Shown here: positions 47,574 to 56,716 of the stretch, one piece after another
Layout of the letters: each line of letters opens with the position of its first letter
Numbering within the stretch: the first letter of the stretch is position 1
Origin: an uncultured Mageeibacillus sp.
GTDB taxonomy: Bacteria; Bacillota; Clostridia; Saccharofermentanales; DTU023
Assembly (NCBI GenBank): GCA_964346175.1
Contig: CAYFTG010000006.1
Coordinates: 753 to 64,752, forward strand
Length of the DNA stretch: 64,000 nucleotides
Direction of reading: 5' to 3'
Position numbers and translations under genes: made by a program
Notes under the pieces: generated by a model
The model's input: only the letters and a program-made list of their open reading frames with translations
Told to the model about the DNA's origin: nothing
Database searches by the model: none

Positions 47574-48998
47574 TTGGACGGTTCCGGCTGTATTAGCCCT
47601 CTTTGGAGGGTTTTGCTGTCAAATCAAAACTTAGCGATCCCACCACAATCCGGTTCCTTAGCTTTTGATTTGATTCTAATTTTTATCTTAATCTTGATCA
47701 ACGGCTTTTTTGCCGGATCAGAGATGGCAATCGTTACACAAAACGACAATCGTATCAGAAAACTGGCCGATGAAGGTAATTCAGCTGCAAAAAAACTATT
47801 GAAGATTGTTGAAGACAAGAGCCAAATTTTGGCTACAATTCAAGTGTCTATCACCTTTGCAGGCTTTCTTTCTAGTGCTTTTGCAGCTGATAAGATCTCA
47901 TCACGCCTTTATGTGGCTATTGATCCCACCTTTCAAAACCCATGGCTGCAAACGCTTTTCCTTGTCCTTATAACAATTCTGGTGTCATATTTCTCACTAG
48001 TTTTGGGAGAACTGGTTCCGAAGCGTCTAGCCATGCGCAACCCTGAGAAGATGTCTTTGAAGGTTGTGCCGGTTTTAATATTCTTTGACTTCATCTTCCG
48101 CCCTTTTACAAAATTATTAAATTGGAGCACCAACGGTGTTTTACGCCTTATGGGCATTGATCCTAAGGAAACCCAAGATACTGTTACGGAGGACGAAATT
48201 CGTATTCTGGCAGAAGTAGGGGTAGATTCAGGGGACCTGCCGGCAGAAGACGCTTTCTTGATTGACAACATCTTTGCTTTCGATGATAAGGATGTGGGAG
48301 AAATTATGACTCCGCGTCTTTCAGTTAGTGCTATATCTGTTGACGCTACTTACGATGAGGCGGTCAACTTTGCCGCTAATGCGCATTTTTCACGCTTTCC
48401 GGTTTATGAAGATGACTTAGACAACATCGTTGGCACGCTTTTTCTTAAAGATCTGATGCGTGTTCCTCAAGATGAACGCGGAGAGGCATTTGATTTGCAT
48501 AAGATAATGCGAAATGCTTACTTCGTTCCTGAAGGTAAGCAAATTGATGTATTATTTCGGGAGATGAAATCTAAACATATATCCATGGCAATTGTCGTGG
48601 ATGAGTATGGCGGCACGGAAGGTTTGGTTACGATGGAAGACCTGCTGGAAGAAATAGTGGGTGAAATCGAGGATGAGTATGATCCTCCGAAGAACGACGT
48701 AATCGCGAACGATGACGGCAGCTTTATCATGAGTGGTTTGCTGACGCCGCAGGAAGCGGGCCGATATGTCGAGGCTTTGGACGAACTTGAAGAGGATGAC
48801 AACTACGATACAATCGCAGGTTTTGTACTTTCGCTATTGGGAAGAATACCTTCGGCTGATGAAAATGCCAGCGTAGTGTTTGAAAATCTTCGTTTTACAG
48901 TTTTGAAAATGGATGATCGCCGTATCGATCAGATTTTATTGGAGATTTTACCCGAAGAGGAGCTTTCGGAAGATGAGTCCGGAAATGAAAATAATTAG
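47574..48998 (+). CDS. CNNM/DUF21-CBS-CorC_HlyC family membrane protein (hemolysin-family, putative divalent-cation efflux)
   Basis: 474 aa. DUF21 membrane domain (LINGFFAGSEMAIV), a CBS pair (IMTPR...) and a C-terminal CorC/HlyC domain. TTG start 8 nt after TAGGAGG. Confidence 0.8.
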   Translation: MDGSGCISPLWRVLLSNQNLAIPPQSGSLAFDLILIFILILINGFFAGSEMAIVTQNDNRIRKLADEGNSAAKKLLKIVEDKSQILATIQVSITFAGFLSSAFAADKISSRLYVAIDPTFQNPWLQTLFLVLITILVSYFSLVLGELVPKRLAMRNPEKMSLKVVPVLIFFDFIFRPFTKLLNWSTNGVLRLMGIDPKETQDTVTEDEIRILAEVGVDSGDLPAEDAFLIDNIFAFDDKDVGEIMTPRLSVSAISVDATYDEAVNFAANAHFSRFPVYEDDLDNIVGTLFLKDLMRVPQDERGEAFDLHKIMRNAYFVPEGKQIDVLFREMKSKHISMAIVVDEYGGTEGLVTMEDLLEEIVGEIEDEYDPPKNDVIANDDGSFIMSGLLTPQEAGRYVEALDELEEDDNYDTIAGFVLSLLGRIPSADENASVVFENLRFTVLKMDDRRIDQILLEILPEEELSEDESGNENN

Positions 48999-49036
48999 GG
49001 TAAACAAAACAAAAATGGAGGAAATATAGGCAGCCG

Positions 49037-51865
49037 ATGACTAAGAAAAATGCAGAAATGCTGAGCCGGGACGAGACACAAGACTCTGTACTGACTCTAG
49101 CAGAGGCCTCTATCAGTAGTTCAGACGATGTAGTTAATAAGCTTGAGGCAGATCCAACGCTAGGTTTGTCTTCTGACACTGCAAGAAAATTACTGGAAAC
49201 ATACGGTCCTAATGAGCTGGCTGAAGAGAAGAAGGAATCTTTCTTCATTAAGCTATTGAATCAGTTTAAGGACTTCATGATCATTATTTTGATCATTGCA
49301 GCAATAATTTCGGGCGCTTTGGGTGAAATGCTAGATGCCGGTGTTATTCTGGCAATCGTTATCATTAATGCGTTGCTGGGCGTTTATCAAGAGGGAAAAG
49401 CGGAAAGGGCAGTTGAAGCTCTGCAGAAGATGGCTGCTCCTGAAGCACATGTTATACGTGACGGGAAGCTGCAGGTTGTTGCAGCCGCCGATCTGGTGCC
49501 TGGAGATCTGGTGCAGTTGGAAGCAGGGAACGTTGTTCCTGCAGATATCCGACTGATTCAAAGCCAGAATATGCAGGCAGATGAGTCAGCTTTGACCGGT
49601 GAATCAGTGCCTGTCGAAAAGAACGCTGATTTCATGTCGGAAGAAGTGCTGGGCATAGGCGATCGCCTAAACGTCGTCTATAGCAGTACCGCTATCACCT
49701 ATGGCCGCGGTGTCGGCATTGTCGTCTCTACCGGACAAAAAACCGAGATTGGACGCATAGCATCCAGTCTTACAAGTATTAGTCAGGAAGAGACCCCTTT
49801 ACAACAAAATTTAAACCGCCTCGGCAAGGTTCTGGGGATTTTAGCCCTAGCCGTAGTCGCTGTAATCTTTGTTGTAGGATTATTCCAAGGTGGCGATCCC
49901 TTACAACTCTTTATGACTGCAGTAGCCCTTGCTGTAGCGGCAATTCCGGAAGGACTGCCTGCTGTAGTTACAATTGTACTTTCCTTAGGTATGAATCGCA
50001 TGGCGCGTGAAAATGCTATTGTCAAGCGCCTCTTGGCAGTTGAAACTCTAGGCAGTGTCGATACTATCTGTAGTGATAAGACGGGAACGCTGACTCAGAA
50101 TGAGATGACTGTGACAAAGCTCTATGCTGATGGTCGTATCTTTGATGTGAGTGGCACTGGCTACTCGACTGAAGGTGAAATCAGCAGTACGGACGAAGCA
50201 GGTACTGATTCTTCGCAAGCGGTCTTGGATCGGCTGTTTGAGATCGGCATTTTGTGTAACGACGCTGTGTTACGCTCCGAAGATGGCGACGTCCAGATGA
50301 TCGGAGACCCGACAGAAGGCGCTATGTTGGCCGCAGCAGCCAAAGGCTGCTCTAAAGAGGTCGGTCTTGTGCGCGAAGAGAATCCGCGCATTGATGAGAA
50401 GCCTTTTGACTCCGGCCGCAAAATGATGACTGTGGCTGTTACAAGCCTTCCTGATGCTCCTTTTATTTCTTTGACCAAGGGTGCTCCTGATCGCATCTTG
50501 GAACGATCCAATAAAGAGTTGACCGCTGACGGTGTAATCGATTTAACCGAAGAGCGTCGTCAGGAAATTACCGAAACCAACAGTAGACTTGCACGCTCTG
50601 CTTTGCGTGTGCTGGCCTTCGCTTATCGTCCGCATGAAAACGCTGAGTTTGAGGGTATGGAAGAGGATATGATTTTCGTGGGCTTAATGGGCATGATCGA
50701 TCCCGCTCGTCCCGAAGTTAAAGACTGTATCCGCATCTGCCATGAGGCCGGTATCCGTGTTGTTATGATCACAGGTGACCATAAGGAAACCGCTGTCGCC
50801 ATCGCCAACGACCTCAATCTGAGGAAAGAAGACGATCATGTCTTATCCGGTTCTGATCTGGATAAGATGAGTTCCGAAGAATTGGCGGAAGCGTCAGAGC
50901 ATACTTCAGTCTATGCACGTGTTTCACCGGAGAACAAGGTTCAAATAGTGGATGCCTTGAAATCTGAAGGCCACATTTCCTCGATGACCGGAGACGGTGT
51001 CAATGATGCGCCGGCACTGAAACGGGCCGACATCGGTGTTGCAATGGGCATTACCGGCACCGAAGTTGCCAAGACAGCGTCCGACATGATCCTGACTGAT
51101 GATAACTTCTCGACTATTGTGCGCGCGGTTGAAGAGGGCAGGGTTATCTACAACAATATACGCAAAGTAGTAAGCTTCTTACTCTCGTGTAATGTGGGCG
51201 AAATCTTGGTCATTTTCATAACCAACATGATCTTGGGACCTGAGTATACGCCTTTGATGCCGATTCAGCTTCTCTGGTTAAACCTGGTGACAGACAGCTT
51301 CCCGGCCTTGGCCTTGGGTCAAGAAAAGGCGGAAGAGGGGATAATGAAATTGCCGCCTCGTAAAGCTGACGCCAAAATATTAGACAGAGAAATGCGAGCT
51401 TCTATAGTTGTTCAAGCCATCGCTATTTTAGTGACAGTATTTGCAGCTTTCAATCTCGGCAGAATCTTCTATCCGGACGTATACCTTGAAGGTGGCCTGT
51501 CCGTTGCAAACTTCAGCTTTATGCCTTTGAGAGGCACACAGCCCTCAGTGGGAGCTCACACCTATGCCTTCATTTGCCTGATTTTGGCAGAGTTGGTCCG
51601 GGCGTACTCGAGTCGATCGGAGCGGCACTCAGTCTTCAGTTTGGGTTTCTTCTCCAATGCAACCTTGAACAAAGCGATCTTGCTCTCTGTAGGACTTACC
51701 CTAGCAGTAGTGTATTTGCCCTTTATGAACGATCCCTTCTACACTATTCCTTTGCAGCTGCGTGACTGGGGTGTAATACTCACACTGGTTTTAATCCCGT
51801 TCGCTGCAGGTGAAATCTTTAAAAAGCTGTATCACCGCAGCGGGAAAAAGAGAAAAGCAGCATAA
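49037..51865 (+). CDS. P-type Ca2+-transporting ATPase (type IIA, YloB/SERCA-like)
   Basis: 942 aa. TGES, the phosphorylation site CSDKTGTLTQN, PEGLPAV in M4, TGDHKETA and MTGDGVNDAPALK. Confidence 0.88.
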   Translation: MTKKNAEMLSRDETQDSVLTLAEASISSSDDVVNKLEADPTLGLSSDTARKLLETYGPNELAEEKKESFFIKLLNQFKDFMIIILIIAAIISGALGEMLDAGVILAIVIINALLGVYQEGKAERAVEALQKMAAPEAHVIRDGKLQVVAAADLVPGDLVQLEAGNVVPADIRLIQSQNMQADESALTGESVPVEKNADFMSEEVLGIGDRLNVVYSSTAITYGRGVGIVVSTGQKTEIGRIASSLTSISQEETPLQQNLNRLGKVLGILALAVVAVIFVVGLFQGGDPLQLFMTAVALAVAAIPEGLPAVVTIVLSLGMNRMARENAIVKRLLAVETLGSVDTICSDKTGTLTQNEMTVTKLYADGRIFDVSGTGYSTEGEISSTDEAGTDSSQAVLDRLFEIGILCNDAVLRSEDGDVQMIGDPTEGAMLAAAAKGCSKEVGLVREENPRIDEKPFDSGRKMMTVAVTSLPDAPFISLTKGAPDRILERSNKELTADGVIDLTEERRQEITETNSRLARSALRVLAFAYRPHENAEFEGMEEDMIFVGLMGMIDPARPEVKDCIRICHEAGIRVVMITGDHKETAVAIANDLNLRKEDDHVLSGSDLDKMSSEELAEASEHTSVYARVSPENKVQIVDALKSEGHISSMTGDGVNDAPALKRADIGVAMGITGTEVAKTASDMILTDDNFSTIVRAVEEGRVIYNNIRKVVSFLLSCNVGEILVIFITNMILGPEYTPLMPIQLLWLNLVTDSFPALALGQEKAEEGIMKLPPRKADAKILDREMRASIVVQAIAILVTVFAAFNLGRIFYPDVYLEGGLSVANFSFMPLRGTQPSVGAHTYAFICLILAELVRAYSSRSERHSVFSLGFFSNATLNKAILLSVGLTLAVVYLPFMNDPFYTIPLQLRDWGVILTLVLIPFAAGEIFKKLYHRSGKKRKAA

Positions 51866-51902
51866 AGACTGTTTCTTTACTCACTTTTTGGGGGCAGGGT
51901 GC

Positions 51903-51931
51903 TTGACGTCAGCACTCTGCCCTTGTATACT
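51903..51931 (+). promoter_or_regulatory. promoter of the infC-rpmI-rplT operon (-35 TTGACG, 17 nt, -10 TATACT)
   Basis: Hexamers at 51903-51908 and 51926-51931. The -35 sits in the loop of a 12-bp hairpin (51892-51922) that may terminate the upstream ATPase gene. Confidence 0.45.
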
Positions 51932-51934
51932 TCT

Positions 51935-52049
51935 AGTCGATAACAAGTAGAAGTTCCGCTTCTCACCTCCAGCTTCGGTAAAGAGGTCTACAGATACTAC
52001 ATCCTACGGATGCTGTTGTGTGTGAGCGGAAGAAAATCCGCTTTTTTTA
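51935..52049 (+). promoter_or_regulatory. L20-type ribosomal protein leader / transcription attenuator upstream of infC
   Basis: Structured leader of about 115 nt ending in an intrinsic terminator (AGCGGA-AGAAAA-TCCGCT + TTTTTTT, 52025-52049), immediately before the infC SD. This position matches the Firmicute L20 autoregulatory leader. Confidence 0.55.
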
Positions 52050-52073
52050 TGCGAAAAACCAAAGGAGGTTAGG

Positions 52074-52604
52074 ATTATCGCTCAACAAAGCCGCAGAGGT
52101 CATCTCATTAACAGGGAAATTACTTTTCCCGAAGTCCGACTTGTCGCTGAAGATGGCGAAATGATAGGAGTCGTTTCTCTTGAAGAGGCTCTTTCCAGAG
52201 CTGAAGCAGCTGAATTGGATTTAGTGCTGATGTCACCGAACAAAGATAACCCGGTAGCCAAATTGATGGACTACGGAAAGTATACGTTCGATCTGGACAA
52301 GAAGAAACGCGAAGCCAAGAAACACCAGAAGACGATTCAAGTAAAAGAAGTTCAAATAAAACTGACTACTGAGGAGCATGACTTTAACGTCAAGGTCAGA
52401 AATGCAATCCGCTTTTTGGAAAATGGCGATCGCGTTAAAGTAGTTATTCGTTTTCGTGGAAGAGAGATGGCTTTCAGAGACCAGGGCTTCGATGTCATGC
52501 AGAAAGTTGCCGATGCAGTCAGTGAAGTCGGTGTCGTTGACAAGGCTCCACAATCGGAAGGCAGGAATATGACTATGTTCCTGGCGCCTATTACAGAGAA
52601 ATAA
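52074..52604 (+). CDS. infC: translation initiation factor IF-3 (ATT start)
   Basis: The in-frame ATT at 52074 lies 5 nt after AAAGGAGG. Translation IIAQQSRRGHLINREITFPEVRLVAEDGEMIGV restores the conserved IF-3 N-terminus. The tracked ATG at 52161 would truncate it. Confidence 0.88.
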   Translation: MIAQQSRRGHLINREITFPEVRLVAEDGEMIGVVSLEEALSRAEAAELDLVLMSPNKDNPVAKLMDYGKYTFDLDKKKREAKKHQKTIQVKEVQIKLTTEEHDFNVKVRNAIRFLENGDRVKVVIRFRGREMAFRDQGFDVMQKVADAVSEVGVVDKAPQSEGRNMTMFLAPITEK

Positions 52605-52733
52605 CTGCACGATTAATTTAGTAAATTTGAGATAGGCGAATTAGCAAAGATAATTGCGCCCGGCTTATTTTAGGGAAAATTCCACTTAAGTCAGGCTGAT
52701 TTAGATAACAATTTAGCAGAAGGGGGTATTTTT

Positions 52734-52931
52734 ATGCCTAAGCAGAAATCACACAGCTCGTCAAAGAAACGCTTCAGAGTAACGGGGACGGGAAAGTTCA
52801 GGCGCAACAAAGCATTCAAGAAGCATATTCTGACTAAGAAAGCGCCGAAACGTAAACGCCAATTGCGCAAGTCAGTGATAGTTTCTGATTCCGATCAGAA
52901 ACGTTTACGTAAATTATTACCTTATAAATAA
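52734..52931 (+). CDS. rpmI: 50S ribosomal protein L35
   Basis: 65 aa. [24 protein letters not shown] is canonical L35. Confidence 0.93.
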   Translation: MPKQKSHSSSKKRFRVTGTGKFRRNKAFKKHILTKKAPKRKRQLRKSVIVSDSDQKRLRKLLPYK

Positions 52932-52956
52932 GTCGTAACCACTAAGGAGGAATATT

Positions 52957-53316
52957 ATGGCTAGAGTAAAAAGGGGTCCTAAAGCCCGTCGTCGTCATAA
53001 AAAGATTATTAAGCAGGCTAAAGGTTATTTTGGCCGCAAGAGTAAGTTATACAAAGTCGCCAATCAGGCCGTATTGAAGTCAGGCCAGTACGCTTACAAC
53101 GATCGTAGACGCAAAAAGCGCGATTTCCGTCGTCTCTGGATCAGCCGCATCAATGCTGAAGCCCGCCAGAACGGTATGTCCTACAGCCGTTTCATGAACG
53201 GACTGTCTACAGCAGGTGTCGGATTAGACCGCAAGGTGTTGGCAGACTTGGCTGTTAATGATAAAGAGGCGTTTGCCGGCTTAGTCACAGTTGCTCAAGA
53301 AGCACTGAAGCACTAA
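52957..53316 (+). CDS. rplT: 50S ribosomal protein L20
   Basis: 119 aa. [26 protein letters not shown] is canonical L20. Confidence 0.95.
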   Translation: MARVKRGPKARRRHKKIIKQAKGYFGRKSKLYKVANQAVLKSGQYAYNDRRRKKRDFRRLWISRINAEARQNGMSYSRFMNGLSTAGVGLDRKVLADLAVNDKEAFAGLVTVAQEALKH

Positions 53317-53337
53317 GCGCTTAAGACCAGATTAGAA

Positions 53338-53372
53338 GGGGAGTGCATATACTCCCCATTCTTTTTGTTTTT
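53338..53372 (+). terminator. rho-independent terminator after rplT
   Basis: Perfect 7-bp stem GGGGAGT/ACTCCCC, 6-nt loop, then ATTCTTTTTGTTTTTT. Confidence 0.75.
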
Positions 53373-53373
53373 T

Positions 53374-54168
53374 ATGCGTTCAATAGATTCCGACAAAAAT
53401 ATTCTTTACCGTAAGCTAATGGCTCAGGGTACTGCGCGCGAGTTCAAAAAGACGAATTGGATCTTAATTGAAGGTCTTCGCCAGATTGAAGAAGCTTTGC
53501 AAGCCGGTGCTGATTTGGACTATCTTGTTTTTTCTGATGATGAGAAGGGCGAGTCTTTACGGCTGCAGCTAGAGGAGAAATCAGCTGATTTATTAGAGCA
53601 GCTTGATGAGGATCAGTTGATACTTATGCGCTGCGATCTTTTTCAGCGCATAGCGGAGACTAAGACGCCTGCGGGAGTTTTAGCTGTTTTGCAAGCTCAG
53701 CGCAGGCCTTTAAAAGAGATTCAGGGATTAAACAGCTTGGTTCTGATTGATGTTCAAGATCCCGGCAACGTCGGCACGCTTATCCGCAGTGCAGACGCTT
53801 TCGCTATCAAGCAGGTCGTCTTGTTGGGGGCTAGTGCATCTCCTTGGCTCAACAAAACCCTACGAGCAGCCATGGGCTCTATCTTTCACGTCAACATATT
53901 TGAAGAGAAAGATACACAAGCAGGTCTTGATTTGCTCCGGCAAAAAAGGTTTAAGCTGCTTGCTATGGACACTTCAGGGACAGATATCCGTCAGCTAGAG
54001 TTCGGTTCAAAGAACTATGGACTGATCTTAGGTAATGAGGCTAATGGTTTACCCGAGCAAGTTCTGCAGCAAGTTGAAGAAGTCATTAGAATAGATATGC
54101 CGGGCTCTGCGGAGTCGCTTAATGTCGCAATCGCGGGTGCAATCGCACTCTACGAGTTGAATCGATAG
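53374..54168 (+). CDS. TrmH/SpoU-family RNA 2'-O-methyltransferase (YsgA-like)
   Basis: SpoU motifs DVQDPGNVGTLIRSADAF, LGNEANGL and ESLNVAIAGAIALYE. Synteny after rplT matches Bacillus. The start is uncertain (no SD; the ATG directly follows the terminator T-tract). Confidence 0.78.
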   Translation: MRSIDSDKNILYRKLMAQGTAREFKKTNWILIEGLRQIEEALQAGADLDYLVFSDDEKGESLRLQLEEKSADLLEQLDEDQLILMRCDLFQRIAETKTPAGVLAVLQAQRRPLKEIQGLNSLVLIDVQDPGNVGTLIRSADAFAIKQVVLLGASASPWLNKTLRAAMGSIFHVNIFEEKDTQAGLDLLRQKRFKLLAMDTSGTDIRQLEFGSKNYGLILGNEANGLPEQVLQQVEEVIRIDMPGSAESLNVAIAGAIALYELNR

Positions 54169-54241
54169 ATTTAGTTCTGCTTATAAGCTGGCGGCTTTCT
54201 TAGATTGGTTCTTTATAACGGTTCCTAACACTAACTCCGGC

Positions 54242-54880
54242 GTGCAGGATCCGATTTATGGGATAGCCATGGAGAACGTCAGGTGGGCTTTGATCTCATT
54301 CTGGCTTGCTTTCTTGTTTTTTCTAATTTCTCGTAAGCAACAGTTTGCAAAGCGCACTTCTCGTATCGTCTTTCTTGGAGCATTAAATGTACTGATAGTT
54401 TTGTGTGGCAGCAGATATCTACTGCGGTCCGGCGATTATGTTCTACAGCGAGATGAACGACCACACGGCATTTTGGAAGGAGAGAGTACTTATCGTTTGG
54501 GCGGCAAGCAAGAGGGGAGGTTTGATGCCAACTTTAGTATTGAGTCTTACGATCTCGTTTTCGATATAGATCGTGTCTTAGTCGGACAAGCTACGCTGCA
54601 GCTGGCAGAAAACAATGAGACCTCTTATCCTTTTACGTTGCATCACGGCTACGAAGTATCTAAGGTTGAAGACAGCAATGGCGAGGAAGTAGCTTATGAG
54701 CGCAAGGGAGATAATTTGCTGGTGCAGCCCGGAAAGCCTCTAAGCAGCCTGACGGTGTATTACAAAGGATTCGCGGGAAAATATTATAGTAATCGTCAAG
54801 CCATCCTGTTGCCGGCATATGTTGCTTATTACCCTTTGCCCGGAAGAATACCTCTGTGGGATTATGAGAGAAGTAACTAG
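54242..54880 (+). CDS. hypothetical membrane protein, probably truncated or frameshifted
   Basis: 212 aa with N-terminal TM helices and a beta-rich domain. The ORF stops at 54880, but a different frame stays open from 54877 to 55140 and ends in a TM helix. Confidence 0.4.
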   Translation: MQDPIYGIAMENVRWALISFWLAFLFFLISRKQQFAKRTSRIVFLGALNVLIVLCGSRYLLRSGDYVLQRDERPHGILEGESTYRLGGKQEGRFDANFSIESYDLVFDIDRVLVGQATLQLAENNETSYPFTLHHGYEVSKVEDSNGEEVAYERKGDNLLVQPGKPLSSLTVYYKGFAGKYYSNRQAILLPAYVAYYPLPGRIPLWDYERSN

Positions 54881-54969
54881 TTACGGCTTGGATAGTTTAT
54901 TCAGCTATAAAGGATGATAAATATAGCGGTCGCATTTCTTTTCCGCTTTACTTTCTTTCACTTCTAATT

Positions 54970-55140
54970 ATGACTTTTGTTGAGCAAGCATCCCCTTATC
55001 TTAGACTTGGCTTGAGTATTGCTGTTTACGTTGTTCTCTATGCAATGTTCACGCTCTTTAAGCGCAGGTACCACGCAAACAGTAATACTGAATCAATAGA
55101 TAAGGCTGGAGAAAATAGCCCGGTAGTAACGAAAAATTGA
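54970..55140 (+). CDS. 56-aa single-TM ORF (possibly the displaced C-terminus of the preceding gene)
   Basis: MTFVEQASPYLRLGLSIAVYVVLYAMFTLFKRRYH... I see no clear SD. Its frame is open upstream to 54877. Confidence 0.25.
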   Translation: MTFVEQASPYLRLGLSIAVYVVLYAMFTLFKRRYHANSNTESIDKAGENSPVVTKN

Positions 55141-55197
55141 TTTTCACACCTTAAAACCAAGTCAAAGCTCTAGGAAAATTTTCCTATCATTATTAGC

Positions 55198-55226
55198 TTG
55201 CGCTGCATTTCACTAACTGATATAAT
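55198..55226 (+). promoter_or_regulatory. promoter for tRNA-Glu (-35 TTGCGC, 17 nt, -10 TATAAT)
   Basis: TATAAT at 55221-55226, 14 nt upstream of the tRNA 5' end. Confidence 0.55.
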
Positions 55227-55240
55227 GCAGCAGCGCTTGC

Positions 55241-55315
55241 GGCCCTATGGTCAAGCGGTTAAGACGTCGCCCTCTCAAGGCGAAATCACGGGTTCGATTC
55301 CCGTTAGGGTCACCA
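55241..55315 (+). tRNA. tRNA-Glu (anticodon CTC), CCA encoded
   Basis: Cloverleaf: acceptor GGCCCTA/TAGGGTC, D-arm GTCA-AGCGGTTA-AGAC, anticodon stem TCGCC/GGCGA with loop CTCTCAA, T-arm ACGGG-TTCGATT-CCCGT. 75 nt. Confidence 0.9.
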
Positions 55316-55318
55316 GAA

Positions 55319-55350
55319 CCTCTGTGGCAGTTAGTCGCAGGGGTTTTTCT
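55319..55350 (+). terminator. rho-independent terminator after tRNA-Glu
   Basis: Stem of about 9 bp, CCTCTGTGG/TCGCAGGGG (with G-U pairs), followed by TTTTT. Confidence 0.5.
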
Positions 55351-55385
55351 ATTCGCTTTCCACAAATAAAACAAATATTTTTAGA

Positions 55386-55414
55386 TTGACAAGTTTAGGA
55401 AGAAGCAGTATCTT
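55386..55414 (+). promoter_or_regulatory. candidate promoter of the ABC importer operon (-35 TTGACA, 17 nt, -10 TATCTT)
   Basis: Hexamers at 55386-55391 and 55409-55414. Confidence 0.4.
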
Positions 55415-55510
55415 ATCACTAGCAACTTACTCAACAAAAACAGTTGCCTTGATATTGCACTAATGTGAGGAGGTCAGCATGTTGCTCAGCGAATGGGCAA
55501 GGAGGAAAAA

Positions 55511-56695
55511 ATGAAAAAATCTAAACATATTGTATTGAGCCTGCTTCTAGCCTTGGCGATAGCACTTGGAGCTGCAGCTTGTGCTCCCTCGGAACCGCCG
55601 GCAGAAACTACGCCCTCGAAACCCGTCGTTTCTGACCCTGTCGATACAGACGCACCGACACCTGAAACTACAGTGTCGGCGACTGAAGCACCAACTGATT
55701 CTGCTGAACCTGATACTTTCGTCTTTACTGATTCAGCGGGTAGGGAAGTTGAGTTACCGACGACAATTGATAGAATCGTTCCTTCAGGACCTTTGGCCCA
55801 ACAGTTCTTGCTGAGCATCGGTGGTGACAAGATGGTTGCACTGAGTCGTTCGTTGAGTGATAGCGCAGCACATTATCTTGGTGGTCACTATCAAGAGCTT
55901 CCTGAGATCGGCCAATTCTTCGGTTCAGAGGACATTAACATGGAGCAACTAGCAGCGCTGGAGCCGCAAGTGGTGATCGATATCGGTGAACCAAAAGACA
56001 ATATTGGGGCCGACATGGATACAATTACTGAGCAAACAGGTATTCCGGCAATATTTATCGAGGCTGGTCTGCACAATGCGGGTGATGCTTATCGTACGCT
56101 GGGTTCTCTCTTGGACAAAGAGGAATTGGGCGAGCGTTTAGGTGAATACTGTGATGACGTTTACACTAGTGTGACCGAAACAATGGCAGAAATCGCTGAA
56201 GAAGACCGTCTAACCTTTGCTTATCTCTTAGGTGAGACCGGCCTGAATGCTTTAGCTAAGGATACTTACCACTCGACTATCATGGACATGCTCGGCACTA
56301 ACGTTGTTGACATTGACAACCCTTCTTCACGTGGGGCAGGCGACGAGATTAACATGGAACAATTGATTTTATGGGATCCGGAATACATCTTTTTCGCTTC
56401 CGGTTCAGTTTATGATGATGCAGCCACTGATCCCTCCTTTAGCACCTTAAGCGCTATCAAAGAAGGGAAGTACTTTGAGGTTCCCGGTCAGCCGTATAAT
56501 TGGCTCGGAGCTCCTCCTTCGGTCAACCGCTATATGGGCTTGCAGTGGATGGCGCATATCCTGTATCCTGATGTTTTCACAGAAGATATAGAAAGCATAA
56601 CGACTGAGTACTATGATCTCTTCTATGATTATGATCTCAGCTCAGAAGAATATGCGGAAATGATGGAAAACTCTGTTTTAGTCACTGTTCCGTAA
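55511..56695 (+). CDS. ABC transporter substrate-binding lipoprotein (class III, iron-chelate/cobalamin type)
   Basis: The start is the ATG at 55511 (GGAGGAAAAAATG). Lipobox LALAIALGAAAC, a Pro/Thr/Asp-rich linker, then a PBP domain (RIVPSGPLAQQFLL..., WDPEYIFF). Confidence 0.8.
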   Translation: MKKSKHIVLSLLLALAIALGAAACAPSEPPAETTPSKPVVSDPVDTDAPTPETTVSATEAPTDSAEPDTFVFTDSAGREVELPTTIDRIVPSGPLAQQFLLSIGGDKMVALSRSLSDSAAHYLGGHYQELPEIGQFFGSEDINMEQLAALEPQVVIDIGEPKDNIGADMDTITEQTGIPAIFIEAGLHNAGDAYRTLGSLLDKEELGERLGEYCDDVYTSVTETMAEIAEEDRLTFAYLLGETGLNALAKDTYHSTIMDMLGTNVVDIDNPSSRGAGDEINMEQLILWDPEYIFFASGSVYDDAATDPSFSTLSAIKEGKYFEVPGQPYNWLGAPPSVNRYMGLQWMAHILYPDVFTEDIESITTEYYDLFYDYDLSSEEYAEMMENSVLVTVP

Positions 56696-56716
56696 GGTGT
56701 GATTGGTAATTAATAG

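Noticed and set aside
55316-55510. Possible cobalamin or other riboswitch upstream of the class III substrate-binding protein gene.
   Set aside because: The leader downstream of the candidate promoter is only ~100 nt. It shows no B12-box-like sequence and no extended conserved helices.
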